Below, one piece after another: positions 23,585 to 37,700 of a stretch of 64,000 bases of DNA. How positions within the stretch are numbered: the stretch's first letter is position 1; each line of letters starts with the position of its first letter. Under the pieces are notes generated by a model. It did not search any database, was not told the DNA's origin, and was given only the letters and a program-made list of their open reading frames with translations. The position numbers and the translations under genes are program-made. Origin of the DNA: Acanthaster planci (taxonomy: Eukaryota); contig NW_019091356.1 in NCBI RefSeq assembly GCF_001949145.1, positions 584,938 through 648,937 of the forward strand. Reading direction: 5' to 3'.

Positions 23585-26179
23585 ACTGCGCCCTCTACAG
23601 TCAGCTGGTTGTCACCCGTGGCGGAACGTGCCCGTGAAAGAAAACAGCATCCTGTCTTGTATCAGTCCTGTCCGGAAGACAAACTTCATATTTAATTGAA
23701 CCCTGTTTGCCTAAATTATTATTTTACATGTACCCTTTAACATTCTGTTCACTACTGTTATAAATGATGCGGTTTGCCTGCATTTTCCATAGCTATGAGT
23801 TTTGTGCAAACTGCGGACACTATCTGGCTATGAGTATGGGAATTTCTGAACACAGGTCAGTTCAAAACTGAACAGAGAAATGTACGGGACTGACAACAAA
23901 TGGAGACTTCATATTATGACGAAATATTTGCTGAAATATAGATTTATTGATGATAACCATTCCAAAACAATTCTGTGAGTAAATATCTAACCATTTTAAG
24001 ACTGTTTTTCTCTGTTTTAGTTATGAGAGGTATTCAAGCGAACACATTTCAAAGGATATTTCTATAAATCTCTTAATGTAATATTCTCAATATGTAATAC
24101 TCAATTTTATCATCACAGAAATTAAAAAAGGCCACTTTTCATCTCCTTCAGAAGAATAAAATCTTCAGAATACACCATCCACTTTTTATACACAAAGCAC
24201 AAAGCTTCCTTGTCATTTTGTCTAAATACATCTTATGTACAAGAAACAAAACCTTCAAACGCTAGACTGTATTCAATCCTTCACAGTGAGGTAATGTTTC
24301 CAAATCAAAAAACAAAATGTAGTCTCACTTAGTGTGAAAAAAAGTGATTTTATATGTCAGACAAAAGTTGGGGTAATTCTTCACCATTTGAATACTATCA
24401 AGCAAAGATCAAAGTCTGTTGATCTTTCTAAAGAGAGAATGCCTAACTACATTTCTCACTGACATTGCCAACCTGGGCATTTTGTTTACAGCTGATTCTC
24501 TTGAAGTTCATACTTGGGTCTTGGACAAATTCTACAAAGAGTTAATATAAGTGACTACACTTCTCAGTTGAATAAGATGGCTCTGATCATCATGAAAAAA
24601 TGGTTCCCAAAATTATTATGCAAAAACAAAATACTCAGAAATACATTTAACATATAATGATTCAATACTTCATGTAAAAAGAGAATATAAAAACCAAAAA
24701 ACCAAGCCATGCACAGAAAACACACATAAAACCTCAAAAACCTGTATTTTAATACATGATAATGATGCAACCACATACAATAATTGTATCTCTTAAAGTC
24801 AAACACCAATAATTGATATTCTATTTACAGTGCAACAATGTTTCTTCACATAACTAGTTTAATAAAAAATACATCCATTATTATTTGTATTATCTTCATT
24901 TTTTTCTTTTAATAAAATGTCTGCTCAGTAAATTCATGAGAACCCGTTTAAAACTAATTTTGGGTGACCCACATTAATCAGCTCTGTTTCATGAGCACAC
25001 ACATTAGGCATTGCCGTGGCACTTGTGCGATTCTACAGGTCACTTACAGACACACCAGTGATCACCAGGGGTGATTCAGGAAATGATCTCCCATTGCCAA
25101 TACAAACGGAAGAAGGACTCATGTGGCTGCATAAAGTGACCAATGGTTAAACCTTCTGGGATTTCAGTTAGCTCTGACGTTTTACCTGAAACTTCAGACC
25201 TACAAAACCAATGCAAAAATAAACACCTTAAAAAAACAAACAAGCAAAGCCTGCTTTCTGTGTGGACTCATGAAACTGCACCATTAATGCTGACCTTTAA
25301 AATCCCTTTGATAGTTTCCAGGCTTAGTTGTACATGTACACAGTTCCACAACAGACAAAGTAATACAACTTACGAGGTAGTCCTTTTTTTTTCAATATGA
25401 CTCCAACCATTTTTTAAAAAAGGGCAAAAAATGGACAGTGGACAATTTTACATATAGAAATGTATGAATCGTTCATACCTTATGACTGAAGAAGCCAATA
25501 TGAATACAAATACAACAACAATTTAGTAATCTGGGGAGGAAACTCTGAGGTTGTTACTACAGAGTGGTGCGTGATCATATGCAGTATGCCCAAGTTTAAG
25601 AATGCATGCAACCACCTCTGGCACCACCTTTGTAATGGCATCTCTCCAAATTTGAGTGACAAAGACTTAATATGATTCAACAATTGAAAAGCACTCAAAA
25701 ACAAATTAAAGTTCATCATGACACCCGACTATTTGCCTCACTGTTACACAGTGCTCCAGTATCATACATACACAGTATTAACTGGTTTTCAAGAAACTTA
25801 GATTTTGATTATTACGTTACAAATAAAAATTACCTTCTGAAGTGTATCCCTAAAATATCTGAAAGGCAGAATTTAAAAGTGACAATAATTTTGTTCAGAA
25901 AAATGTAGCAGGAGGAGAATGCAAAGGATGACATGATACAAAGGATTTCAACTGTGGGAAAACTGTGGAAACTCCAAATTTCCAATTTTCCAGTCACAGG
26001 TAAACTAAAGTCCTTCTTGGTCAAGAGCTGAAAAGCATTCAGCATGCTTTTCCTTGCCACCACAAATCATTCAGAAGACTTACCCACCTTCTTGCTGCTT
26101 TGTTTTCATTTGGGGGGCAAACTTATTCTCTTTTCACTATTTGCATTGAAGCAAGACACGACTTAACACTTAACATTAA

Positions 26180-26391
26180 CCACTTGATGCCAGATGACAT
26201 GGAAACACATAATTTTCCTTATTTGTTTCACTGAGGATATGTACACTCGTTTAAGAAATCTTTGTCAAATCCACAGATGACGTATTAGCATAGTGCTTGA
26301 TTGGGTCAAAGCTGAATTCAAATTGAAGAAATTGTGGGTAAAAAACCCACCCCAGCAGCTTTTTCGGGTAAGAATATCCGACGTTAATTGG
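26180..26391. mobile_element. degenerate TTAA-flanked MITE
   Basis: TTAA|CCACTTGATGCC ... GACGTTAATTGG|TTAA; TIRs match at about 8 of 12 positions. Confidence 0.4.
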
Positions 26392-26685
26392 TTAAGAACC
26401 ATTATCATTTACAGCAGAAAGCAGCTATTTTAGCAGCAAATTTCACAAATACATACAATGATCATTAGAAAAGAGCACTAGTGTTTTATATAGTATAACA
26501 ATATCATTATTCAAAATGATAAACTAATGAAATTCAAGCTATCAAAGAAGAGGTTAATGATCTGTTAGGGTGGCTAACAAGCCTACTGAACTGTTTGAAT
26601 AGGGTAAGCAGGTGTATATCAGCCCCTTAAGGTCTCACGTAGTAGCCTTCAAACCTATTAACAGTGACCAAACAACACTGAGCAA

Positions 26686-26824
26686 TTTTGAAATGAGTGG
26701 ATTTGGCTTAGACTTCAGTTTCACTGGTTCCAGTCAGAGCTTGAACATGTGGTTTCGAACGCTACTTCAAAATGGCTGGAACCAGCAAAACTAAAGTCTA
26801 AGCCGAATCCACTTGTTTCGAAAA
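26686..26824. repeat. long inverted repeat (~50-bp arms)
   Basis: TTTTGAAATGAGTGGATTTGGCTTAGACTTCAGTTTCACTGGTTCCAG pairs with CTGGAACCAGCAAAACTAAAGTCTAAGCCGAATCCACTTGTTTCGAAAA. Confidence 0.85.
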
Positions 26825-29800
26825 CGTCCATAGAAAAAGCAGCTGTTGTTCCCCCTGGGCAACTGTAGTAAAGACAGCAACAAGGGATAATTTTCTGTTG
26901 AATAAGAAATTTTGTCTAAACTTTGACTGATACAAGTGCTGAATTAGCAGGGATTTGGGAAGACTAATTTTCTTTTTCTAAGACTTTTGCTTTTGTAAAT
27001 TTTGTGGGTTTGAACATTACCACTCCAATTACTCCCTTTTTCTTAAAAAAAAAAGTTTTTTAAATAAAGTCTTTTGGAAAACAATTAATTATTTACACCT
27101 CTCATTTATGTGTGACCATAAACTAGTAGCATTAAACTGGATCTGGTAATCAGAATTAATTCATCTTTGCATCCTTGCAGCACTGCCAACATTTCTGTTT
27201 CCAAAAATTCAATTACAATATATTTCTTACAATTCTAGTGCAACGGCATGTCTCTCCACTGGTTACACAACTTCCAAGTAGTTAAAAAATATTGTAACTG
27301 CAAAATTGAATCTTTTGGATTCTTTTTTCTGTTTTACCTAAACTACAACACTACATCTATAGTAAACCTACGCATCAAAAATAAGTGTGCCATTTAAATG
27401 AAAATGTTGTTAAATACGACATTTTCACTTTTTCAACTTACTTTACATGTATATCCAAAGAACGAACTACAATTTTGTGGGAAATTAAACATAAATAAAA
27501 AACTGGGATAAAAATTGTGGCTTAATTCAGACAAAATGAAAAGTTTCATAAGTAAAAAAATTCTAAAATTCTAAAAATTTACCTTTTCAATTCTTTTTTA
27601 TATTTTGGAGTTTTTGTTTCTTTTCAACTACATGGCATTCCTATTCTCTCTCAAAAGAAAACAAAACAGCTTTTCTGAACTCAAATTTCAGTTTTTAAAA
27701 TGAAATACTTGGTTCCTATAAAGCCAAGATTTCAGCAGCAGTCCCTTGCAATGCAGCACTTAGTTTTTTTTTTTTAGTGATTTTTCCAACTTTTATGTGG
27801 CATAAAATCCAAGCACCTCCGGAAACAGGAAGTTCACTACTGACAAATTTCTTCCTGTTTGAAAATGGCCAATCAAACATTTGTTTAACTCTTTTCAAGG
27901 TTACATAACACTTTCTATATTATATCACGTTTTGTTGTATAACTTGCATAATCATAGTTACAGTAACATTATACAAGCTATACAACAAAACTTACTAACA
28001 ACATCTCAAATACAAGATTAAAAGGTTACCTGAACATGACATGCTTGAAGCATAACGCATGGCTGTCATTAACTTTCTTTAGCTTGCGGCAGCATGTTTA
28101 GTCTAATGTCAATCAAGTCTGAGTAGCAGTAGCGTTTGTTCTATGATCTCTGCAGTCTTTCCCTGCCATGTACAGTTAACTAATGAGGACAAGAGGGAAC
28201 ATCAAAGACCAAATAACAGCCACAGTAGAGGAAAATGGCCAAAAATCCCTCAACACACTGCAGAACTGACTTAAATTGGGATGAAGTTAGGAGTGGTTAG
28301 GTTTTTTAATGAGCAAAATACCGACATGTATAGATGCAGCAGCATCATCAAGTCAGCAGAGTTTCACAAAATTTACAAATCATTTTCTGCCCAACTTTCT
28401 GGACAATTCTACTAAAGTTATAGCACTTGAATCCTGTTAACAAGCCCTGAACAAATCTGCCGCAGAATTTGACTTTCTACAAGCTCCACTTTGTTCAAGT
28501 ATATAGCAGTTCCAATCCCCCCCAAAAAGAATAAAATTTCCATATTCTAATTTTTAAAAAATTAATTTTATCAGGGGAAAATATTAAACTTTAAATTATA
28601 CATACTTTGTCCACACAGTTTAGAACACAGAATTTAACAGTGAATATAATGTGAATTAAAATACGCCTGATGTTATATATTATTTATATATACAATTACA
28701 CATTGATCGTGAAACTTCATTCTTATGGAAATAGCCACATGTCTGAGGTATAGAAAATTCCAAATATCTCACTTCCTCGTTTACCTTTACCTAGGCTGTT
28801 CATTTTTAGATCATCAAAATATATATCAGTTCCTTTTCCAATCTGCACAAGTCCGGAATCTGGTTAGTCTTTGCTTTAAAAAAAAATTCTCAGAAACTTC
28901 ACCAGGTAGAAGCTAAGCCCATGAAAGATAAGTCCAGTTTTGTATTGAAAAATTGTTTTAAAAAGAGGATGCTGAAGAAAAAAGACTCTTCTATCCAAAG
29001 ACTATTTCCTTTCAAATCCTGGGTGCATTTCTGAATTAGTGGAATATTTACACATATTGTAAAGTTAATTTGTTTTTTAACTGTACATAAATGGGATTTT
29101 TTCCACAAGGCACTCTTTCTTTAATAGTAAATATAACAACATCCCATTTGTGTTTACACTACCTTAACATGGGGATTTACATGAGGTAACTTTAAAATGT
29201 GGAAGTAAACTCCCAAATCAATCATGTGACAGTAATGTATCTGTGTTTCAAACAGACATGTTTTAACACTTGCAGAATTTCCAAGAGATATCACATTGGT
29301 ATGACCCTGACCAAACCATCGAAAGAGAGCTAGATTTATCATTGGATAAAGCTCACAGACAATTTAAATGTTATTACATCAAACCAATGCATGTTCAGTG
29401 TTGAGTCTTCATATGAGCTTAACCAGCGGATTGAACAGGNNNNNNNNNNNNNNNNNNNNNNNNNNNNNNNNNNNNNNNNNNNNNNNNNNNNNNNNNNNNN
29501 NNNNNNNNNNNNNNNNNNNNNNNNNNNNNNNNNNNNNNNNNNNNNNNNNNNNNNNNNNNNNNNNNNNNNNNNNNNNNNNNNNNNNNNNNNNNNNNNNNNN
29601 NNNNNNNNNNNNNNNNNNNNNNNNNNNNNNNNNNNNNNNNNNNNNNNNNNNNNNNNNNNNNNNNNNNNNNNNNNNNNNNNNNNNNNNNNNNNNNNNNNNN
29701 NNNNNNNNNNNNNNNNNNNNNNNNNNNNNNNNNNNNNNNNNNNNNNNNNNNNNNNNNNNNNNNNNNNNNNNNNNNNNNNNNNNNNNNNNNNNNNNNNNNN

Positions 29801-31725
29801 NNNNNNNNNNNNNNNNNNNNNNNNNNNNNNNNNNNNNNNNNNNNNNNNNNNNNNNNNNNNNNNNNNNNNNNNNNNNNNNNNNNNNCGTATCACTGTGCTA
29901 CAAAGAGAAGACCTAACCAACAACTTTCTGAAGAGCAAATCCTTTTTCTGATTTGAGCAAATATGCTACTTTTTCCACTGAAAGCAGATCTGTGGATGGA
30001 ATGACCTCTAATGACTAAAGTAACATGCTGAAAAATGGAAAAGTTTTATTTTTTTCCTCTTTCTAGGGGCCACTGTCCCAGGACGCACACTATGCTTGAA
30101 AGTGTGTCATATGACCCAAAACTGGAAAATTAATCGATTTCCTTACTTTCCTGAACATTCCAATAACAGATTTCACCATCATAACATACCTCAAAAACTG
30201 GTGGGAAACAATGGTGCAAGTATCTCTTGACATTTAAAGCCTTTTCCTTTTTAGACGTTATACTCCCAGCCCTCAGCCAACACGACATTGAGCACATTTT
30301 CCAACAAATACACATTACTTGCTATCCTATGTGACTGCATATTATTGGTTCATGTACGTACGTCACTGAGGTATGTAAAATTTCAGTATGTAAAAAGGTT
30401 TGAGGTGTTGGTGATTTGCCCAGGAAAAATAGTGGGTCTGCTTTTTGTTTTCGAACCCTGGACAGATCAACAGGGATGCAAGTTTCCCTAATTCAAGAGA
30501 ATACCGTGAGGTTGAAGCATTCAACAAGCTACACATATACATCATATGAGTGTAACTGAATAATATAATGTAGATACATTTACACAGTCCCTGACATGAG
30601 GACAATGCTTGACCCGTCTAAGAGGGGATGGGGGTCCACATAATCAGGCGTCACTCTGTCCGATCACGATCAGTCACAAGTCTCTAGTGCTTGTGTTCAT
30701 ACTTCCAGTTGAGCCAGAATACTAAAGGACAGGTGCATGCCATAAGTCATCTTTCTAGTACTCAAACTCACTTGAAAGGTTTTCCTCCATTGCGACGCAC
30801 GACTGGCTTTGATAGAATTTGCCACATATCATAGGGAACTCTCCAGTAAAATAAACATTGGGTGCACATTGTGACCTGTGCACCTGTTGGAGCCAACTTT
30901 ACTCAGTAGTGTTACCTTGACCATGAGGTAATGGTCGTGGGTCATTTAGCAGTGACTCTCCAAGTACTTGCCGTGACCATCCTGGGTTATTTTGGAATGA
31001 AGCTGGCCTGTATGGTCTGGTTGACAATCTCTCTGACACATCACCTCCCAAGCTGCTTACGACATCTTGGAATGACACTGTCTGACAGACTGAAGTGGTC
31101 ACTGAAGATTGAGGTGATCTTCAGCTCCACTCATAAGCAACCTTTAAGATGGATCAACAGTAAGGCAAACATCATACATACTTCATCTAACTCTCCACAA
31201 TCCCACCTCCAAAATATCTGTTTCCCTGAGTTGAAGGTGGTTGCATTCAATAGATTCTACACAGTATTTCCAGTTGGGTCAAGCAATGCCATCCACTGCA
31301 TATCAAAATCCCGCTCATACCAAAGAAAAAGGGTCCCTACTAGATACCAGTAACTTCCAACTAGAAAACAACAGCGAACAACTTCAAGAATTATATATGA
31401 TAAATGCATTAGTAGGTAAACTCTCAAACCATAATGAGTCAGTGTTTGGGCCACAGCCATTTCGAGTGCATACAGTGAACTCTAATTTTATGGTAAACCA
31501 CTGAGAGATGATGTCATCTTCAATCTGTCGTAGTCTATCATGAATGAATGAACGATGACATAATCTCCTTGGATTCCCAATCATAATGAGAACTTAATAG
31601 TTTCTGAAGTTTTTAATATAGAGGTATCTTGAGAGTGCCCTGAGGTGACAATCCACTGAGCATATTTGTACTAAAGCTGACGTCCAGTTCTGACTAGGCT
31701 TTCCACAAATCCTTCTCCCAGCATC

Positions 31726-34700
31726 TCACACTGGGTGAATACCAATGTGGTGATCTCGCAGGACCTTCTCAATGAAATCGGGACTTGTCTCTGTTGAGAA
31801 CTCTATATCTCCAATCAAGCCGCTGTCTCCACTGGTACTCTCCCTGAGCGGTGTCCAATGGTTCGATGATTCAGTGCCATCTTCCGATCCTGCCAGTGAG
31901 GTCTCCTGATTCATCCTGGAACCTGCCACTCGTCCGCTGGACGTGCTGGGCAGAGTGTGTCTGTACTGCTGCTGAAGTGGTGCTTGTTCACTCATTTGGG
32001 GCAATTCAGGATCCTCATGGCCATTCCCATCTTCCCTGGAAGGGAACTCAACGGGATTGGCTGAGCCAGCTTGGTGACCAACACCAAGCAGAGGAGAATC
32101 ACAATGGACCTAGACCATGACAAAAGGATATCATAAGACAGTCGATCTCGGGGATATACGTGAACTCTGACAATTTAGCAGGAAATTTGACCACACGCAA
32201 ACCAGCGATGAAGTCAAGACCTAAGACCATCTCAAGACCCCAAAAAGCAACATAAGACCTCGGGTCTGACTTCAAGTCACATTTTCTTCCAGTGAAATGC
32301 AAGAGCAGAATTCCTTCGTTGTTCTTTACCCTGTTACATATAACTGATCTCGAGGCTGGTCTTGTGACTGGTCTTGTGAAAAGATCTTGTACCTGATCTG
32401 TTGGTCTTGACAACACCACTGATGCAAACACATACACAGACTGTCTTTTGAAACTGAAATTTTTAAAAAGGCCCAAATCCCACGTCCACAGAGAAGCTTA
32501 CATTTCTACAAATCATCTAACAATAAAAGGAAGGAACCTGTCTTCCTTTGCAGAGATAAAAATATTTGCTCCAAAAATGTATTCTCACGGTCAGTATGGC
32601 ATGACCGAGTCTTGGTTCTTCTCTCTGATTGGTCAGTGTGTGGCTGTTCCATATTTCACACTTGGGACTCAAAGGAGCACAAATAGTGTTGTCATCTATT
32701 GGGAAAATCCGAGTTATTGACTAAGCCTCAACCTTAACATGAAATATGCCCAAAATTTCACTGCTTGTGCACTACAAGTATCTTTCCCACTATGCCAAAG
32801 AAGTTTCAATTATTTTTTTATCATATTGCAGTAAAAAAATGTGGAAAGTGTGCAAATCCCTCTCCAAAGTGAAGGGAGGGTTGCCTCCTTGCCCAGACCC
32901 GAGTGTAATAAATGGAACAACCTCTGACCAAGACAATCTTTACAGGAAACATCAGCTGTGAATTACTAGCAACTAACACTGTACAGTACAAACAACATCT
33001 CAGCTGATAGTTCATTTTTACCAGGTAAACAAGACAAATTTTAAACATTCCCTGATGTTCAACACCGACTACAAATGAGGCTAATAAATCTGCAGTGACT
33101 GTGCATGTTTTGGGTGATATGCAACCTACTTGAGTCAAAATATACCAGCATCCTAGCATTAGGCTTACCTGGCCATTAGGTTGGCTGGTAGGCACCTCAG
33201 CGGTCAGCATGGGACTAAGAGGAGTCAGGGCCATCTCAACACCACTGCCTTGGGCAACACGTGGGAGGGCAATTCGGTGACCACTGCGGCCACTAACACC
33301 AGCCAGTCTAGCAGCCATCTTCTTCTTATGAGCACTGTCGTATCTCCTTAAAGGAAAAACATGGGTAAGGAGACAAACCCTAAACATCAGAAAATATCTC
33401 ACATTTCAGCTACGCGGGATAAGCTCCGACACATATGAGCACCCACATATTTACATCTTGCCAAAAATTTAAAATGGCCTTTAATTACAAGGACTTACTT
33501 CCCTGAATGAATTAGGACCACTGGTAGTTTGCACCACCATTTATAAGCCAGTCGAATAATTAACATTTGGTATGTTCATATTTCACCAAATTGGTGCTCC
33601 ACCCTTTTAGGGTTAGCTTACCTGTATCGGATACCAGCCAGGACAGTGCAGAGAACAATGCAAAAAGTACCCAGGAGGATACCAATGACCAATCCTTTCT
33701 CTGTGTCACTGGGTAGACCTGAATTATTGCTGGAATCTACAGCACCCACAAAAAAGGCTAGACAAGTTAAGATAACACGAAAAATATTCTTGTTCCTGTC
33801 GTTCAAGCTCCATAACATGAATTTGAAATGAAACGATTAAGTTGAATAATTAAAAATAGTTGGCACTTCTAAATATTTAAAGCATCTAATCCCCGATTTG
33901 AAAAGTTTGTTCTCCTAGAATGCCAAAAGTAGGGTTAGTTTGAACTAAGTACAAAATAACAGGGCTGTGATAATGCTTCACATGTAAAGGCCAGTTCAGT
34001 TATACTAAGTCTTCTATGATTACACAGTTGAACAAGATTAATACAAGCTCGAAGGGACTTTCCAAGAAACCTTGTCATACAGTAAACCTTGTGTTATACA
34101 TGTTGATGCTTATCCCATTCACAGAGAGCACGCTTGGCCTCATACACGAGTAAACACTACAAAATCGTACAGTACATGATGTACTGTATATGTAATGGAT
34201 TAGTGTTCGATGAACCAGCCTTTTAACGTTTTAATACATTTCTAAACTGTATTCATCAGTATGATTTGATTAAATAAATCAGATTTTAAAGAGGCCTGTA
34301 TTTTCAATAAAACAACCTGGATGGACCTGCCTGCCAGGATGACACACCCATAAAGAGCAACACACCCACACTTACCTTACATACCTAGTGTGGACATTCC
34401 TTTCTTTTCGTGCAGTTAAGAAAACTCAGTGAAAATACTCGTTTTTCTTGAACTGAGAACACCATTTTAAGCTGGCTTTTTGTACAAGGTTTCCTTGACT
34501 ATTCCTCTTCCTTTTACGACAAATGACCCCTACCCCAAAATGCCTCTAAACTTCTTTTTCAGAGAAGGGGAAATTCCTGTGGACATGTGTAAGTCCACAG
34601 AGTGTCTTCCTTTCCTGCATCGTGTGGACATCTTTTGCTCACATGTCCACACTAGGTCTGTAAGGTTAGCGCACGTGTGCCACGCACACAGTGAAGCAAC

Positions 34701-37700
34701 CAGCTTGCCTGTGAACTGGTACCCACTGCTGCGTGTAAGTTAAGTTTTTATCAAACTTGTGGACCCAAAATTTACTGGGATTAAGCTTCTGAAGAGGCAT
34801 TTTCAAAATGTATTTGTAAAAATGCTGTGGACAATGGGTTTTGACACTTTGGGTTGGGCAAAAGTGCTTGTCTTGTCCGTGTTAGTCTCAGCTCAGCTTG
34901 TATTAATTAACTTTTCTCTTATAACAATGTGTACTTTTTGAATGCAACTCAAGAAAATGCTTGTAGTAAGCGCGATCTCGTCTCGTTCCACTGTATTTCC
35001 ATCCAACATAATTCTGTCTTACCAAAGCAACTGAGACATTAGATTTTTTCACCAAGTGAGCGAAACCAACCAACACTGACCTGTTTTGACATCCAGAAAT
35101 TTAACAGGTGTCTTGACCTGTAACACAGCAGACGGTTTGCCTTCACCTACAGATGTACAGGCACGGAGGAAGAAGTAATACCTGGTGTCACTGGTGAGGT
35201 TTGATACAGTGGAAGAGGTTGCTGTACCTGAGGACGATGAAGGAGAAACTTGACTAAACCTGCCAACTAAGGTAACAAGGGAGGTTCCAAGCCCTCTCTG
35301 GCCAATAAAAATACAAACACCCCAACAAACTAACAAACGAAGAGAGAGCACACAAAAAGGGAAGAACGTGGCATATTTCCCTTTGGAAAATCTTAAGTAA
35401 ATTGAAATGCTGGGAATGTACCTTTCTTTCGAGTTCTGTTCCAGTGAGGTTCCTCTTGTTTCTCTGTACGCTGAGTCTCTGGTACATACATGATGTTGTA
35501 ACCTTGTATCACCCCATTAGGGTTCAACGGAGGATGCCATGCTACACTGACTGTATGGGGATCCAATGGCTCAGCAGTGAAACCAATAGGTTCGGAAGGA
35601 ACTGCAACACAAAATAAACCACTTTGAATTAACGTCTTTGCTAAGAATCATGATAAAGAGAAATCTTAGTTTCTTTTGTCCATTACAACCCTGTCAGCCC
35701 ACTACTATAGAATACCTAAGTGTGACATCAGCCCACTACTATAGAATACCAAAGTGTGACATCAGCCCACTACTATAGAATACCACAGTGTGACATCAGC
35801 CCCTTACTAAAGAATACTAAAGTGCCACATCATTTAGAACCAGGAAACATAGTGCTTAAGAATGGGGTACCTGTTGGTTCATTTTTCTAATGCCTTTTAC
35901 ACACATAATGGTGTGCTTGACATATTCACTTTGGCACTCTATAAAATTTGCAAACTAATAAACAAAATACTGAAATTATTGGGGTAGTTAAAAACGTTAC
36001 ACCTGGCCACAAACACCTCTCTGGCATCACCTGATCAATGGAGGAAAGATTTAAGTAGCTAAACTATTTCAGCTGATGCTGGAACTTGATATTTCCAAGA
36101 ATGGATTATACCATTTTGGGTAGACAGAGAGTAGAAAAATGTTACAAGTGATTCTTTGTGAATGATATTTACCATCTTCTTTAGTTCTGCAGTAGATCAA
36201 GTCACTGAACTGACCAATCACGCCTGTTCGCTGGACACGCACTTGCAATGCATAGATGGTGTATGGTTTCAAGTCCTTCAATACAACGTATGTGTTGGTC
36301 CTAGAGCAGTAAACAAGAAGAACTGAATGTTATATCTAATAGTCATTCAGGTGTTTAGAAAGACAAACTAAATCTATGCCACACTCACACATCTTTGATA
36401 AATAACATCTACACTTCCTTTCTGTGTTTTCTAATCATGTTACATCTTCTCCAGAACTCCATCTGTCCTTAATTTCTGTGAACAACCTTTTGTTGTGTGC
36501 CTTGGACCTTTTAATTCATAACATCTCCTGCTATTATAATCCAGATTCAAGTTTCCCTAATACCACACACCTGTACATCTTTTTCTTTCACTGATATGAT
36601 TTCAAAAGATTGTTTGATAAGACATCTCACTTTAAAAAATCAAAGCGGAGTTCACATAAGGTGGACCGAACTCTCAACCATAAAAGGTAAAAACTGCTGT
36701 GAGCAAAATGCGCAGCTGAAGAACTGCTGTGAGCAAAGTGCGCAGCTGAAGAGATGGAAAGCCAAACCTGTAGAGATACTTAGTTGTCCCGTTCCTGTTG
36801 GAGTTCTGAAAGTAAAGGATCTGGTAGTAAGCTGGGGAGATGCTTAACACAGGATCCCAGTTTAGCTGGATACTTGTTGAGGACAAGGCAGTAGCTCTTA
36901 CATTTTCTGGGGGAGGATACATCATTCCTAGATAGCAAAAAATATGAAAATTTTTTTTTAAAAAATCTGAAATTTTTTAATAATGTAAATTCCTTCATAT
37001 AGAAAGATTACCATCACTATTGTTGAAGCATTTCTGGGGTTGAAAATTTTACAGGTGGCAAAAACGATTCATCAAAATTCACCCTCTTGTCTCAGATGCA
37101 TCACAAAATGTACAGGTTGCAAATCATCTGGTGACCATGTTTAGTATTTGAATGAATGAATCATTGATGAGTGATGGCTAGTAAGACCTGACTCACCAGT
37201 GACAGATGGCAAGGTAAAAGTCTCCGTGGAGGCTGGCCCAGTACCGCAGTCGTTGTAAGCTAGCAACTCTACAGTGTACCTCTCACCTGTCACTATGAGT
37301 TCAACATTGAAGAATTGTTTTAAGGTGTAATGCAGGTAAGTTTTCAGGCATGTTATATCTTGGCACTGGACTGTTACAAACGGTTCGGGTAAATGGGAAC
37401 AGAAGAGGCTGGCGTTAACTTGGAACCATCCAAGTGCAACTCTTTGTTGGCAAAAGTTTTAAGAAAACAATGACTGTAGTAAAATGATGTCAACAGGAAT
37501 AGATGCACGAAGCATCAACTGACACAAGCAGAAGGACTTACGTAAGTCAGAGAAGACAAAGCTATGGCAGTCTGCAGGGAGACTGTAGGTTTCATCGTGA
37601 TTGGCCCCAGAGAAGCTAAGCTGGAAACCCAGCACAGCAACTTCATTACCCTCATTCCGCGGTGACCAAGACGCCTCAATACTCACATCGTTTGGGGTAA

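Noticed and set aside
30899..31584. Several overlapping short ORFs downstream of the receptor stop codon
   Set aside because: No recognisable domain or splice-consistent exon chain; most likely 3' UTR.
31726..31740. C-terminal IHPV as a PDZ-binding motif
   Set aside because: The -2 residue is His, which fits no canonical PDZ class.
32099..32476. 125-aa ORF next to the last receptor exon
   Set aside because: Lies in the intron in a different frame; the acceptor at 32110 joins the previous exon in phase.
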